Shown here: positions 47,751-61,626 of the stretch, one piece after another | Layout of the letters: every line of letters begins with the position of its first letter | How positions within the stretch are numbered: the first letter of the stretch is position 1 | Origin: Lytechinus pictus | Taxonomy: Eukaryota | Length of the DNA stretch: 64,000 nucleotides | Direction: 5' to 3' | Assembly: GCF_037042905.1 (NCBI RefSeq) | Contig: NC_087250.1 | Location: 19,036,001 to 19,100,000 of the forward strand | Notes under the pieces: model-generated | What the model was told of the DNA's origin: nothing | Databases searched by the model: none | What the model saw: only the letters and a program-made list of their open reading frames with translations | Made by a program: the position numbers and the translations under genes

Positions 47751-50247
47751 CCAATTGCATTACCCAATAACATAATTCCGAAGATTTAAAGAAAAAAAAG
47801 ATCAAAGATTAAAAATTAGAATTATTAAAATTTTTGAGTTGTGACTTTTATGCGAGCAGCTTCCCCAAATCAGGCCCATTCGCTCATGATGGCAAACATG
47901 GTCTGTTGCATTCTTTTAAATTGTCTTTGTCTTTATTAAATAAAAGGCCTATATGTGTTTAAATATTATTGAACCAGTGCTTAAAATACAATTTGTTATA
48001 TTTTACAATTGTACATATTACCTTCTAAATTTGTATCTGATGCATTGAGTGCAAAAATAAAAGGAGTCAATGAAATCTTATTTGATAAAAAGGGTTTTTA
48101 TTGTACCTTAATATCAACGGACAAATTATTTCACAGCCGCTCCCGAAAGGGAAGAATATAATCATCATTTACCGTAAAAATCTTGAAATTAAAACATGCA
48201 AGTTTTAAAGAGCATGAACAAGATGTGTATTGTACTAAATAGAAAATTGTACATTTCACCATCCTTTCTTTTCTCTTTTTGTTTCTTGGTATAATTTGAA
48301 CGGCACACCACCTCTCCTATCTGTACGGTATACAGTTTTTTTATGTAACCCCCCCCCTTCTTGAAAGTTTTGTTCTATTTTTAAAATTAATTTTCTTATT
48401 TAATTATGGCCACTTTTCATAAAGAGAGCTATGGGGTGTTGCAAGAAAATATTTGCAAATTTACAAGTGATAGACTAATTTCATCTAAAGTAAACCAATT
48501 TATAGATTTATTGATGGAAGAAACAATAAATCAGTTGCAAGTTTGCAATGAAAAGTAAGACTTTCAATTGATTTTGGAGTTTGAAATTGACTTGCGTTCA
48601 ATTGCAAATTTCTTGCAATGTCCCATAGGTCATTATTTTGCTTAAAATGAATTCACTGTTGGTTGTCTTCCTCCCCCAACCCCTATTGAAATTCCCATCG
48701 ACAGACCCTGATTTTGGTCTGCAACGACCAAAGCCCCCTCCCGGCCAATTTATATATCGCTACTACTTCTTTTGATCATAAACCGTTCCTCTTTTTTTTT
48801 CTTTACAAATTGTGTTTTGATTATGTTTTCTCACTCATGGATGGTGTTTATAAAGAGGAGAGCTATTCTAGGCCGGCCATTACTTGCTTAATTGAAATGA
48901 TTTGTCTGTTATTGTCTTGCCCCCCCCCCCCCAGTATCAAAATTCCCTGCCGCCAGGCTAGTACAATATGTAACAGAAAAAAATCTAATGAACGAAATTC
49001 TCAATTGCAATTCAAAACAAAAGCGAAATTAAACAAAGAGAGAAAAGGAAAAAAGAAATAAGTAAAAAATATATATATCGAAAAACAGAAAAATAAATTT
49101 AAAAGAAGAAAAGAAAAAGACTAAGACAAAGAAAAGAAGAAAGACTGAACAGAAAAAAAGAAGGAAAAAGAAAAAAAGACAATGGAAAGAAAAAAAGAAA
49201 GACATGGAATTATAGAACAGAAAAAAATTGAGCAAAATTATTTTTTTCATAGATCCTTTCAAAGGATAAGCAGTGGCAAAAATTGACTGCATGGTTAATT
49301 GCCAACTGCCAGAACCAATCAAGAAAAAGACACCCCTGATTTGGTCTTACATGCAATTCACTCCTCCCCCATATCGGGATGTATCTTGGCTAAGAAGCCC
49401 CCTCCCCCTGATTTGGTCTTGATTTACCCCCCCCCCCCCCCAATATCGGGATGTGTTGGCTGCGCTGCTAGCTAGCTCGCTCTATGTATGTAAGTGTTGT
49501 TCTCGCACGCGCGCGCGCACGTACGCATGTAACCGCCAATTGCAATATTTGAAAAAAGAACCCGATCAACCACTGTTTTGCTGTCCAGAAGTCCGTCTAT
49601 AATTCATCATAAACTAAAGGAACACAGGTCAGATTCGGACAGCGACTTCAAATCCATTCGCAGAATACGCTAAACAGTAAGTTAGATAACAATTTTCTTT
49701 GATATTGTTTTCGTAGTTAGTGGCTCGGCCTGATTTTCTAGAATGTTACTGTTAGTGTTACTGTTAGATGTCGTTGTACTGCCACGGGGTTTCACTGCCA
49801 CCGTACCGCCACTGCCCCGTTGGCGCGGGCCGGGACACGTCTGTCTCTGGCGAGATGGATTATGGGTGCGTTAATATGCTTTGTATAGGCTGAGGTGAGC
49901 TGAGCCGAGCATTGTCATTGAGTAGTAATTCGCTCGTATGGCCTGATATCTATATTTCAATGTTTTACAAAACCATCTCTGAATACCGGTATGAATTTAT
50001 GAATGAATGACTTGTTAAATTAATGCTGTACAGTGCAGTACTGTCATGACATTGACTGTCAAAGTGTCAATTAGGCCATTGGTTACTGCACAAGCCGCGA
50101 GCCGATGCAAGTTAATCGTGTTTTACACGCTATGAAAAAGCCGATTAAGTGTAAACACGGTATATATTTCCGTTAGAAATATTTGCTGTAACTTTCAAAA
50201 GGAGGGACACACTTGTGTAAAGACGCCATATTTACATTAAACACATT

Positions 50248-50671
50248 GACCCGAATTCACAAAGGTGGTTTTGAAAACCCACGGTTGAGTCCATGGTGTA
50301 TGCAGATTTCCTGTATAAATTACGCTTAATTTAGCACGTATCTGGCGCGTGTGTAAAAAATGTCCAATTCTGATGCGCGCTTTTGTCGCAGTGCGCCAAA
50401 TTGACGCCTGTTACCATGGTTAGATACGCTATTTTATTCATGAGTCCACTGTTTGAAGAGTGGACTCGTTAATTCAAAACAGTGGACTCGTGATTAAAAT
50501 AGCGTGGATAACCACGGCAACAGGCGTCAATTTGGCGCACTGTGACAAAAGCGCGCATCAACATTGGACATATTTTGATATACGCTGTAAATAAGCTTAA
50601 TTTATACAGGAAATCTCCATAAAACATGGACTCAACCGGGGTTTTCAAAACCACCTTTTTGAATTCGGGCC
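50248..50671. mobile_element. Almost fully palindromic MITE
   Basis: CCCGAATTCACAAAGGTGGTTTTGAAAACCC / GGGTTTTCAAAACCACCTTTTTGAATTCGGG. The arms pair inwards to about 50460. Confidence 0.85.
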
Positions 50672-51180
50672 ATTGACTATTGCTCTCAAGGGGGGGGGGG
50701 GGGCACAGGTCAATTGTGCCCATCTGGATCCGTTACTGTGATTGTCAATACCAAGAAAAGAAAATCATATTGAATGTTATCAATTAATTGATTAGGCTTA
50801 CCTTTTGAAAACTGCTGCTCTGGAAATATGACTTCAGATCATTCTTTTTCTATTAGATAATTTTCTCTTGCATATCTACATGATTGCTGATCAAAACACG
50901 TTACGCAGCAGAGTAACTGTGTTATATTGATCTATATATTTCCAGCATGCACACACAGAAAATCTTTGGTGGGGGAATTTTATTTCTGTGACATCAATTT
51001 CAAACATATTTTCAAGTAAATTTGCTGTATATGTTGAAATAAAAATTATCATGATGCTGTATATGAGTGAATCATTGCATTTTGGAGCTTAAAGAAAGTA
51101 TACTATATTAGTATTATATTTTTGTTTTTATCTGCACATGCATATTTTCCAACACTCAAATTGATTTTATTTCATTTAAG

Positions 51181-51297
51181 ATTGGACGACGGATACACTG
51201 GATGATAATGTAGATGGTCCAGGATTATCTGGGAAGGAAACTACAGGTGTTGAACACAGAAAACCGTTTACAAGAAAACAACTGGAGTTTGTGAAAG
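51181..51297 (+). pseudogene. Isolated coding-like exon inside the CACTA-like element (possibly BEN-domain-like)
   Basis: Acceptor tttcatttaag and donor G|gtaatt. Open frame WTTDTLDDNVDGPGLSGKETTGVEHRKPFTRKQLEFVK. Confidence 0.45.
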
Positions 51298-51789
51298 GTA
51301 ATTGTGTAAGAATTCACTTCAGTGGAAAAAATTGCAAAGCTTCATTCAATAAAACAGATTGTACTCCTGCAGTGGCATAGCTGAAAAAAAAACCTGCGAG
51401 GAATGGTAAAAATACTGAAAAAGACCAAATGTCATCCCCATTTATAGGATTACACGTCCTTTCTAACACCCCCCTGGAAAAAAATCAATATGCTGGCGGG
51501 GGGGGGGGGGGGGGTGGACACTTTGGCCCCAGGTATGCATGTGGTATGGTATTTGTCATCATTTGGGCAACCTCCCGTTAATATAACGGGTTATTTTCTG
51601 CTAATCTATGGTTAAACATGAATTTCTTTATCATATTGTACAAAATGTTTTGTTGATATTTGTTAATTGGTACTATTCAATTGAAGGGTAGTGTATTATG
51701 CAAATTTCTCGATATTTTAGAAAAATATATCAATTTCTCAAGAAAGCTTGCACGCACGACAAGCATTGATGTTTTGAACCCGTAGCTGA

Positions 51790-51997
51790 CGTACTGTCCT
51801 TTGCATTGTTTTCATCCCATATTCCTTATTACAGCTGCAAGAAATTAATCTTGCCGGGTACGCATTCACTTCACCTTGGTCGAGTGCAGCACAGTGGATA
51901 AATGTGTTGCTGAAGGAAAACACCATTGCTAGGATTCAAACCCACGACACTCTGTTGAAAGGTGAGAGTCAGAACCACTAGACCACGACGCACCCAC
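51790..51997 (-). mobile_element. Diverged tRNA-derived SINE
   Basis: The reverse complement has TGGTCTAGTGG (A-box) and GGTTTGAATCC (B-box), similar to the 44857 SINE head. Confidence 0.7.
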
Positions 51998-54414
51998 AGT
52001 TAACAAGCTGATGTCATACCCCCACTTGTTCTTTTGTATTTTATAACAAGAAGTCATGTTTATTCACATTTTGACCTCCAAGAACTAAAAAGTGGAGTGA
52101 AGATTTATTTAATGTAAACGCATGCATTGCTTGAAATCATTTTATGCTACGTGGGACATATCATACACACGTGTACGAAAATATGAAATTATTATGATTT
52201 CATTTTATAACATAAGCCTAACACATATTCCTGACGATCATGTGCACATACCAGTAATTTTTCCCAAAATGTTGCTAAACCTTCAAATCAAAGACTTTAT
52301 TATCAGATTTTAACGAAATTGTCAACATTATGCTTTTCTGATTAATTCTCTTCCTACCTAAATCTCCCCTTTCCTCATGCTTTCTTTCTATGGACCCTTC
52401 ATTCTCCTTATAACTATGTTATATGTAAAATGTAACCGGTCGTCCAACCCATTTGATTGAAGGGCTAGGTACTCTAGACTGAAAGTTATGTGATTTAAAT
52501 TCAAAGAGTACATCAGACAAAAAAAAACACTGAAAATTTCATCAAAATTGAATGAGGATTAACGAAATTATGACGAATTAAAGTTGTTATTTTTTGGTAA
52601 AACTGTTCTCTGCAAGTCCTCATGAATATACAAGATCCCAATTTATATATTTTTTTGTATTATATGAATTCAAATTTTGTCAAAGCTAGGTTGTAAAAAA
52701 TTACGATTGACTACTGATATACTGTGTAAGACAAAAATTATATTATTTCTCACACATAGTTGAGTTATTCATCTGATTCAACATAACAAAAATAGACAAA
52801 AAAGAAATAAGTGGGAATCTTGTATATTTGAACTATGGGAAATAGTTAAAAAAATAGATGTGCTACTAAGAATTATTTTCTATATGATTTGCAAAATATT
52901 AAAAAAAGATGTCGCTATTTTTCTAGTTTTTTTTCTATTTTCATGATATATTCTTTATTATTCTATTATTCTATATATTCTATTTTTGATATAGATATTA
53001 TTTATTTCTTTACGTATCTTTAATGTATTTATGATAAACTTTTGGCATGTTTCTACAGAAAATCATTAAAAACGATTTATCTTTTCCGGACTCGAAAAAC
53101 CTTATCGCCCTTAAACCAACCTGCTTCTACAAACCGAATAATCTGATTAACTCGCTTTTCGCGTTGCAAATACGGCGGAAATCGGAAAATTCAACCTATA
53201 ACCTCACGTTGCATTGTACATATGTCCAAAATTGCATCTTAGGAAAATTTTCAAAATTTGTGGTAGATCTCACTCAATGTAGCAGGTATACGTGTTGCAC
53301 GATCAGCTGGCGAGATCGAAAAGGCCAGAATGTGCAAATTTATGTACTGCGAAATTGAACTTTTGGGATTAAGCACTTCCGCCAGACACGATACGCTATT
53401 TTGCCGTGTGTTTTTACAGAAAAGTTGAACGGATTAACATGGCAATAACCACCTCTCAGAGATGGTTATGAGAAACCATATTTTGCTTGAAGCAGTTTAT
53501 CAATAAACTGCATCGCGTCTGTTTCTACAAAATTCTACAGGAAAGTTTTCCAGGATTCTGGATACTTACGCGGGTAATACCTTTTAACGATTCTATGTAG
53601 AAACACGCCGTTTGATATATCTTTTAGGTGAAAAGAAAATAGAGAAATATTAGGAGGTTCTATTTTTATGGAGGTACTATTTCCCCCCCCCCCTTTTGGG
53701 GATATTTATTTCCTCTAAGTTTGGTACTCTTTACCTTTAATCATTTGGCCATGTGAAGGCTATCACACATTTTGAGTTTAATCTTCGAAATTTGGTGTTC
53801 ATCAGTTTGTTGTCCAAACTCTGTCTTACATTTAGATTTGTTTATAGGAAGATTAACATAATATCTATGTGGAGTGCAATCATTGACCTCTTGTAGAGTC
53901 GTGCAGTCACATGTATTCATAATGCTGGTGCTTTTATGCCATACATGTACTTGTCAATACTGGGTTCCACTCTTTTGTACTTGAACTTATTAGTAAAACA
54001 AATATTTTATTAATGTCATTGAAGTAGCTGTGTGAAAGCAATTACACACAACAGATTTAAAATCAAGGTTATTTGTTTGCAGAACAGTGGTTTTGCCAAG
54101 TACTCAATCCACGTAAAAAGCCATCAGAGAGAACATGTTTATTCTTGGAAATGTTATTCATTTGTTGTGTTTTTCAATTAAACTCTGTCTTGATACATGT
54201 TTATTTTAGATACCAAGATTGACAGAGTATAGATGTCAACGAGGAGCAAAGTCATATATATTCATAACTTATGTGCTTTAATTATTAAGTCTATACTTGT
54301 GAATACTGTGTTCCATTTATGCTGTACTTAAACTTCTTATAGTAAAAACATTTGACGTTCTTGAAATAACTGTTTTCATCATTTTTTTCTTGTGCATACT
54401 TAATCCATTATCAA

Positions 54415-55435
54415 ACCTACCATTAACCCGAGCTATATATGCTGTTCACCATTGGTCTACCATTCACTGTACATTATTGACCTACTATACATTGTACACC
54501 TTTGGTCTACTGTCTATCATTCAGTGTAAACCATTGGTCTACCATTCACAGTACACTTGTGGTCTATAATGTATGGCCAATGGTGTAAATTGAATGGTTG
54601 ACCAATGGTATAGAGTGTATGGTATGACAATGGTGTACAGTGAACGGTAGGCCAATGGTGTACGGTAAATGGTAGGTCAACGGTGTGCGGTGTATGGTAG
54701 GCCAATGGTGTACAATGTATGGTAGGTCAATGGTGTATGGTGTATGGTAGGCCAATGGTGAACTGTAAATGGTAGGTCAATGGTGTGCGGTGTATGGTAG
54801 GCCAATGGTGTACAATGTATGGTAGGTCAATGGTGTATGGTAAATGATAGGGCAATGGTGAACGGTGTATGGTAGGTGAATGGTGTACGGTGAATGGTGT
54901 GCGGTGTATGGTGAATGGTAGGCGAATGGTTTATGGTGAATGGTACGCGAATGGTGTACGGTGAATGGTACGCGAATGGTGTACGGTGAATGGTAGGTGT
55001 ACGGTGTATGGTGAATGGTAGGCGAATGGTGTATGGTGAATGGTACGTGAATGGTGTATGGTGAATGGTAGGCGAATGGTGAATGGTGTAAGGTGAATGG
55101 TGGACCAATGGTGTCCAGTGAACGGTGGCTGAATGGTAAATGGTAGGCCAGTGAATGGTGGCTGAATGGTGGTCAATGGTAAACCTGTCTATAGTGGCCA
55201 TAGTAGATCAATGGTGAATGGTGTTTGATCAATGGTATATGAATGGTAAATGGTGCTCATGAATATGGTAATAGTAACGTCCCAATTATTTAAATTAGTT
55301 TGAATGGTATACCATTGGGGCTTGAATGGTATACCATTGGTGTATGATGGGTGCTGTGCGAATGGTATTCCAATGGTATATCAATGGTGCTTCAATGGTG
55401 TATGGTGTATGGTATTTCAATGGTATACCATTCAA
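54415..55435. repeat. Right AATGGT-rich subterminal array
   Basis: GAATGGT/TATGGT repeats, with a short inverted ACCATT block at about 54415-54560. Confidence 0.93.
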
Positions 55436-56279
55436 TTTTTTTTATAAGGGCAGTGTAGGTCCCTATAGATTATTATCTAGATTACCTTCTTATATACCAT
55501 GCTGACGACAGAACACGTTTTGAATATTTATGTTGTGCCTCTATGACATTGCATATTTTTAGGTGTATTGAGAAAAGAATCTATTATATCAAACTTTTGT
55601 CCTTTTAAGGTTCTGTATTTGCTGTGCCTTATCAAATAAATGACGTCACTGAGAGCAATATATGGTCGCCAGTAGTCTCATCTACAGACCCGTTACCGAA
55701 TGTTGGCGTCCCCGTTTATACGCCAATATTCAACGAAGGTATGTGTTGAATTTCAACTATTATAATATTACCATTAGTATAATGTTTTCTTGAATTAATT
55801 ATCAGATAGAACAACATATATATAGCTTATGTTCATGATTATGAAACAAAATGTTCAAAGGAAATTTATGCCTACAAAAAAGTATTTTCTTTTATGCACT
55901 GGCGGATCCAAGGGGGGCACAGCCGCTCCCCCCCCCCCACCCACTTTGAGAGGCACAGTTAAAATGTGTAATGTTAAAATGCCATTAAAAACAAAAGTTT
56001 GGCCCCTATGAAAGTGAAGGCAATTTTTAATGCTTGTCACCAAATTTCATCATGGACGAAGTGTCCATAATTTTTGGTTGGAATCCTTTTTTTGCTGGTC
56101 AATTTTTTTCATGGACGAACTATCCTTAAAGGAGAATGAAACCCAAAATATAATACCACATAGTATCATTGATTAAATTTCACTGATCAAAATAAAATAA
56201 AAATGAGGCAAAACGGTTTCCTATTTCTCATGATATGCCAAGTCAAAGTTATCAATATTTAGATATTTGAAAGACCCGT

Positions 56280-56416
56280 GGAGGTCGCCATCTTGCTCAA
56301 ACTCCCCATATCTTCGTGGGGGGTTGTGACGTCAGCAACGTACAACTCGGTGTCTGATCTAGCGCGCGCTTGTGATATATTGCTAGTGGATAACACATGG
56401 GACTAAGCTGATCAGG
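56280..56416 (+). promoter_or_regulatory. Candidate promoter of the THAP gene
   Basis: YY1-like CGCCATCTT (about 56286) and CRE TGACGTCA (56327-56334) in a CpG-rich patch. Confidence 0.4.
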
Positions 56417-56770
56417 ATGGTTTACTGCCAGGCGTTTGGCTGCCGAAATCGGTCAGGAAAGGGCGCAAAATGCAGCTTTTACCGCATTCCCGATCCGGAG
56501 AAGAGGCCAGAAATCTCTAAAAAATGGGTGGCTGCACTAAAGGTAGAGAAATACAACAAGCCTTCCTACAAAATCACGAGAATTGATGTTGTTTGTAGCG
56601 AGCACTTTACCGAGGACTGCTTTGAGAAGAACGTGATAGAGTTGCCTGGGAAAGCTACCCCAAAACGACTGAAATTGGATGCTGTCCCTTCAATTTTCCT
56701 CCATCATGCCCCCCAGCCGAAAGTCCGGGAAAGTACGGAGAAGAGATTGGCAAGGATAGAAGCTCAAAAA
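56417..56770 (+). CDS. THAP (C2CH zinc finger) domain protein, exon 1
   Basis: Reads MVYCQAFGC...FYRIP...W...VCSEHF..DCF...LKLDAVPSIF, a complete THAP signature including the AVPTIF box. Donor gtaagt, phase 0. Confidence 0.93.
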
Positions 56771-58391
56771 GTAAGTATAATGATTTTTTTCCTGTTTTGT
56801 CGCTTGTATGTATCTTTGCACTGCACTGAGGTGGCACGACGATCGTCTCAAGCAACGTCAGTCAGTCGCGTCGGTATACAATACTCGGCCTCGGCAGGTC
56901 TACCGCGCTACCATGGCCGTGCCATGGGGAGGGTGAGGGAAAGCCTCGGCATCCTCGCCGACATATTGCTGCAGCTGCACAGTGCACATGCACCCGTCCC
57001 GAGCTGAGGCTGTGCCCTGCGGGGACAAGTTGCTCACTACATCGTATCCCCGATTATTTAGTCAAGAAGTAAGACTTACATGTAAAACGGTGTTGAGAAA
57101 CAGGCCTCAGTCAGTCAGTCATGCCTAGTTAGGGACAGGGTAGGCTGGCGCTTTGTAACTTAGAATCTTAGGCTTGGCTTTGTATCTTGGTCTCGTTTTG
57201 TATCTTAAAAGCTCCAAAACAGTGGAGGGATCATTCTAAGTCTAAGTAAGAGAGAGAGAGAGCTGCCTACCGGCAGAATTAGACAAGACTCTAAAAAAGT
57301 AAATGTGAATAATTTTGACTGTTTTTGTTAATTTTCATACCGGTACCAATGCAATGGCAAGATACTGGTACAGATTTTGAAGAAATTTGCGAGGCCAGCG
57401 TAGCCTTTATAACATTTATACTATAGCCTATAGGCCTACATCATACACAATTACATGTACATGTATAGTACTCGCACTAATGCAAGGTTAGTTGCACTAA
57501 TGCCAACGGGCCTAGATTTATATTAGTGAAAACTAAGAACTGAAGTTGTTTTTGTTGTATTATTTTAATAATATTATCTCCTCCATGTCCATGTTATAAA
57601 ATAAGTGTGATATCTTAGCATGGTTTTATTTTTGCAGTAGTAAGGTCCTCCTAATTTTAGATTGCATTTACATGTAATTCCTGATGTTATTGGATTTCAT
57701 ATTAAATCAGTACAGGCATTTTAAGCATACTGTCTTGTTGAAGAATTACATTACAAATTCTTTACAGTATTCAGGTACATGTAATTTGTTTTGCTTTTTT
57801 TTTTCTATGTTGTAATTTTATATTTTTTGAGAGAGAGGGGGAGGCCACAAACTGTAAATGGGATTTTGATTACCCGGTACACACACACAAAACCCCTGGC
57901 CGTAATGTTTATGTTCACTGTACTTAATGCGAGAGCTAATGTGTTCGGGTCTTTTAATGGTCCGCCCCGCAGTCCACGTCTGCCCCGTTTCAATTTTTTG
58001 ATAACTTGTAATTCAAAAATCCTTTAACAGATCAACTAACTTCAAACTAGCCTTGAGGACTCCATGTCTGATATTTCTTAATATTTTGACATAAACTTCT
58101 TCAGACATAGAGCTTTGAACCACCGGCCATGAGACACATGTACAAAGATGGATTTCCCTAGGAAATCCATAGTTAGAGGGTTAAATCGGTTCGTAGGGGT
58201 GAATTTTATTTATGAACCTTCATGCGCCTAATGCGTATAAAGGAATAAAAAAAATTCACTATATATAAAAATAAGACGTTTCTTTATAACAGACCGATCG
58301 CCTGGAGATCCCTCAATCCATTTGTCAACAAAGCAAATACAATACAGCGTGACCCTTGAACCGCTTCGTTATGAGGTACATCCGATTAGCG

Positions 58392-58556
58392 ATGCTGTTT
58401 TGAAGAACAATTTATAGATAAAAATTATTATTTCACAAATACTAACATTTAATACATGATTATAAATAATTAGTATACAGTAATAATACTAATTATTTAT
58501 AATCACGTATTAAAAATAATAATTTGTATCTATAAATTGTCCTTCAAAAAGGCATC
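58392..58556. repeat. AT-rich palindrome (small MITE-like hairpin) in THAP intron 1
   Basis: TTTGAAGAACAATTTATAGATA...ATAATTAGTAT / ATACTAATTAT...TATCTATAAATTGTCCTTCAAA. Confidence 0.75.
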
Positions 58557-58670
58557 GGGGGGAGGTAGGCCATCAAGTTTTCTGATGTATGATACCTTAC
58601 AAATTGATAACATACGATAGGGTAACTTGGATATATCATAATACCAATAATCTATAATTTTATGTTTCAG

Positions 58671-58781
58671 TATATCCAAACAGTCTTGTCAGCACCAACC
58701 AGTGGAAATGATGAACAAACTTTTCCGAGTAACATCCAATCTACACGTACATGCACCTCTGCTTTTGCATCTCCTGCACCG
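58671..58781 (+). CDS. THAP gene exon 2 (Ser/Thr/Pro-rich)
   Basis: Acceptor tgtttcag, donor gtaaga, 111 nt, phase 0/0, open. Confidence 0.75.
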
Positions 58782-61150
58782 GTAAGAATATTACACATTT
58801 CATTGGAAAAAAATATGGGGAGTTATATGTACCTTTTGCCCCTATCTTTTAACTTCCATGTATAATGCCCATGAGTCTTGAAGTTGCCCCACATAATGGT
58901 GGTTTCGTTGCACTTTTTTTCAATGTTCATGGGGTTTTAGAATATGTCAGTTGAACATAGAGATCTTGTCATAAAATTGGTATCATTTTAAAGCTAGAAA
59001 TAAAATGTATACCCTGTCATTTTTGAAAAACTAGCGCAATAGCACATAAATTCATGACACTGTGATTGATAGAGCAAGACATGGCGAGATTGGTTAAGGG
59101 GGTGGGGTACATGCGAGTCTGTGAAAGTCACATTTCATATTTTAAACATAACTGGTATACCGGGGGCTAGAGGCTTTATTTTGGTTTCATTTTAAAGCTT
59201 GAAGTGGGTAGTATATACATCTAACACTCTTCACAATTCATTTCAATTATTGAATAATTTTAATTAGCAATGAATTTAAAAAAGAATTCTACAGAATTTT
59301 TTTCTCAAAAATTCTTGATTGTTTGTGCTAAATGGAGATGTATGAAATTGGTAAAATAAAACAAGGGTCGTTAGAGGTGGTGGAAGCTGTGCAAATTACA
59401 TGCATGATGTTAGTCACTACATGATGTATTTCATTGTTTTTTCTCGTGTGAAATGAGGTTTGTTTACCCATGTACATGTACATGTAAAAGTACATGTAGA
59501 TATAGGAAAAATACATTTTGCTTTAATATATTTATTATAATGCACCCAAGGATTGTGGAATCACTAAATTGTCAGAGAAATTACATGTACATGTACATTG
59601 TAATAAGTGAGTCATATGCACTGCACACAGAAACGTATGTCCAATTTATGGGACTGCAGACAAATGTTTATTTAGCTGATATATGTCATATTTTGATTTT
59701 GTCAGGACATCTGAAGATAAATCATTTGCAGTCCTGCTTTGCCGTAATATTCTCCCTATGTAAACTTAAGTTGTTACGTTTATTTTTTTTAAATACATTT
59801 AACGCTATATATGTTATTTAAACTGGTGGGGTTCAGATAAAAACCTTCCCCCAAAATTGCTGAAATGTCGCATTTAATATCGTTAATCCAGGATACAGCC
59901 AGTAATTTTCCTATTTTCCCTGACTTTAGTTTTGTGTAGTTGGAAACAATCTACAAAATGAAAAATATTCCCTTCTTTCTCAACTCTGAAAGAGATGAAC
60001 TACATGTACATGTACACGTACCATGTGTTGCTCATTTTCTGGACTTGAAAAATAAAAATCCTATCAATATCACCTTCAAGATAGATTGGTAGTGCATTAT
60101 GGGTAAAGGAAAACTTGATATTGGAGTGGTGCTTTTTTTCAAGTGGAGAAAATGAGCCCAAATGCATAAATGGATTCAATGTTAATGATTCAAGGACTTA
60201 CATTTGGCTTATTCTTTGGACAGCTCCAAGGTAAATGAGTGACATTCAGAAACAAATTTTAGCTTATACATGTACAAACAATTATTTGCAAAGAAATGTT
60301 ACCTGACATTAGTTGCTGAAACCCACTTTTCAAAATAATAACATTTGTTATTTTGATCCCCTGATTTAATGAGATATGAATATTCATGAACATGGTTACA
60401 TTGTGATGTAAAATTGACATTGCATATTTGAAGAGAAAACATATTGGTCAAATTCTTTGAACTTTAAATGGCTATCACAATTTTGAGTTATTGATTGGAT
60501 TATATGTTGTTCTAGCTTTAATATGCTGCATTACATCAACAAATTTGTGGACGGTATTTTTCATGTAAAACATAAACGCATACCCAGTTACGGAGTGACA
60601 TCCGAAATATTCACACAAAGGCAACGTGAAATAAACTTATACTTTAAAATTTTTCTCTTGATATGATGTAAAATGATGATCTTCAGATTATCCAAAGGAA
60701 CATTTTAGCAAACAAGCAATAGTTTTCTCGTAAATAGAAATTCATGTACAAAACAATATATGTAGTCCCATGTGTAGAATTGTTTGTATGGATTAGATTT
60801 TCTTATAAGGAGATGCATAAGAAAAAATGACTTTGATTAGAAAAAAATTGATCCATATTTGAAATAGAGCCAATTAAATTTCTTGGGAAATGTCCACTTT
60901 TGCTTGGAATTGCCCCTTTGGAATAAAATGTAAGTGTAGGACTTAAGGTCTATTAAATAAGAATCTTATAGTTTGTACAGCCCAATTTTTTTGTGGTCCC
61001 ACATGTAGACTTCCATGTTTATCTTGAGTGACCTCATCTCAAAGTACAGAGTCAAGAAAGAAGGGAATGATAGAATGAACTATGATAATCATTTTTTGGA
61101 TGTAAAAGTGTGAAATTTCATCAACTTTTGTGGGGAGCTCTTTTTGTTTC

Positions 61151-61626
61151 AAGGGGAAGTTAACCATGACAGAAAATTTATTGTAAAAATAGCAGAAATG
61201 TGATAAAAAATATTGCTGAAAGTGTGAGACAAATCCATCAAAGGATAAAAAAGTTATTAAATTTTATTTGTTTGAATTGTGACGTCATGTGCAAACAGGA
61301 TTCTTACCTCGCAAATGGTAAATAATCAATGAAATGTCATTTTCTCAGAATATTGAAAATGATTTTTACTGCACAATTTGTGTATCAATAGACATATCAC
61401 TTCACACTGATCATGAAAGGAAACGAACATAAATCTTCAAGAGCCAGTAAAAAAATTAAATTAATGCATTTTATATTACGTAACACATAGGGCAGCTTCT
61501 TGTTTATGTCAGAAACCAAAAACTTCAATTAACGAAATCTTTGAATAGATTTTCCTCAAACCTTCAATATTTTTTATTATTCTGCTATATGTAGAACTAA
61601 CTTGTCTTCAGGGTGAACTTGCCCTT
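61151..61626. mobile_element. Kolobok-like MITE in THAP intron
   Basis: AGGGGAAGTTAACCATGA / TCAGGGTGAACTTGCCCT|TTAA. Another family member follows at about 61699-62055. Confidence 0.65.

Larger units (their letters stand above)
46089..55450. mobile_element. 9.4-kb CCC-ended CACTA/EnSpm-like element with large AATGGT subterminal arrays
   Basis: TIR CCCTTATAAAAA / TTTTTATAAGGG, 2-bp TSD CA, arrays at about 46105-47750 and 54415-55435. Confidence 0.8.
42672..55455. mobile_element. CACTG-ended MITE expanded to 12.8 kb by nested insertions
   Basis: Left end is TA|CACTGTTAGAAA. The right end reconstitutes as TTTTAACA(46088)+GTG|TA once 46089-55450 and one CA copy are removed. Confidence 0.7.

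Noticed and set aside
56771..57007. C-terminal 78 aa of the 196-aa THAP ORF
   Set aside because: It lies past a consensus gtaagt donor and is most likely intron read-through.
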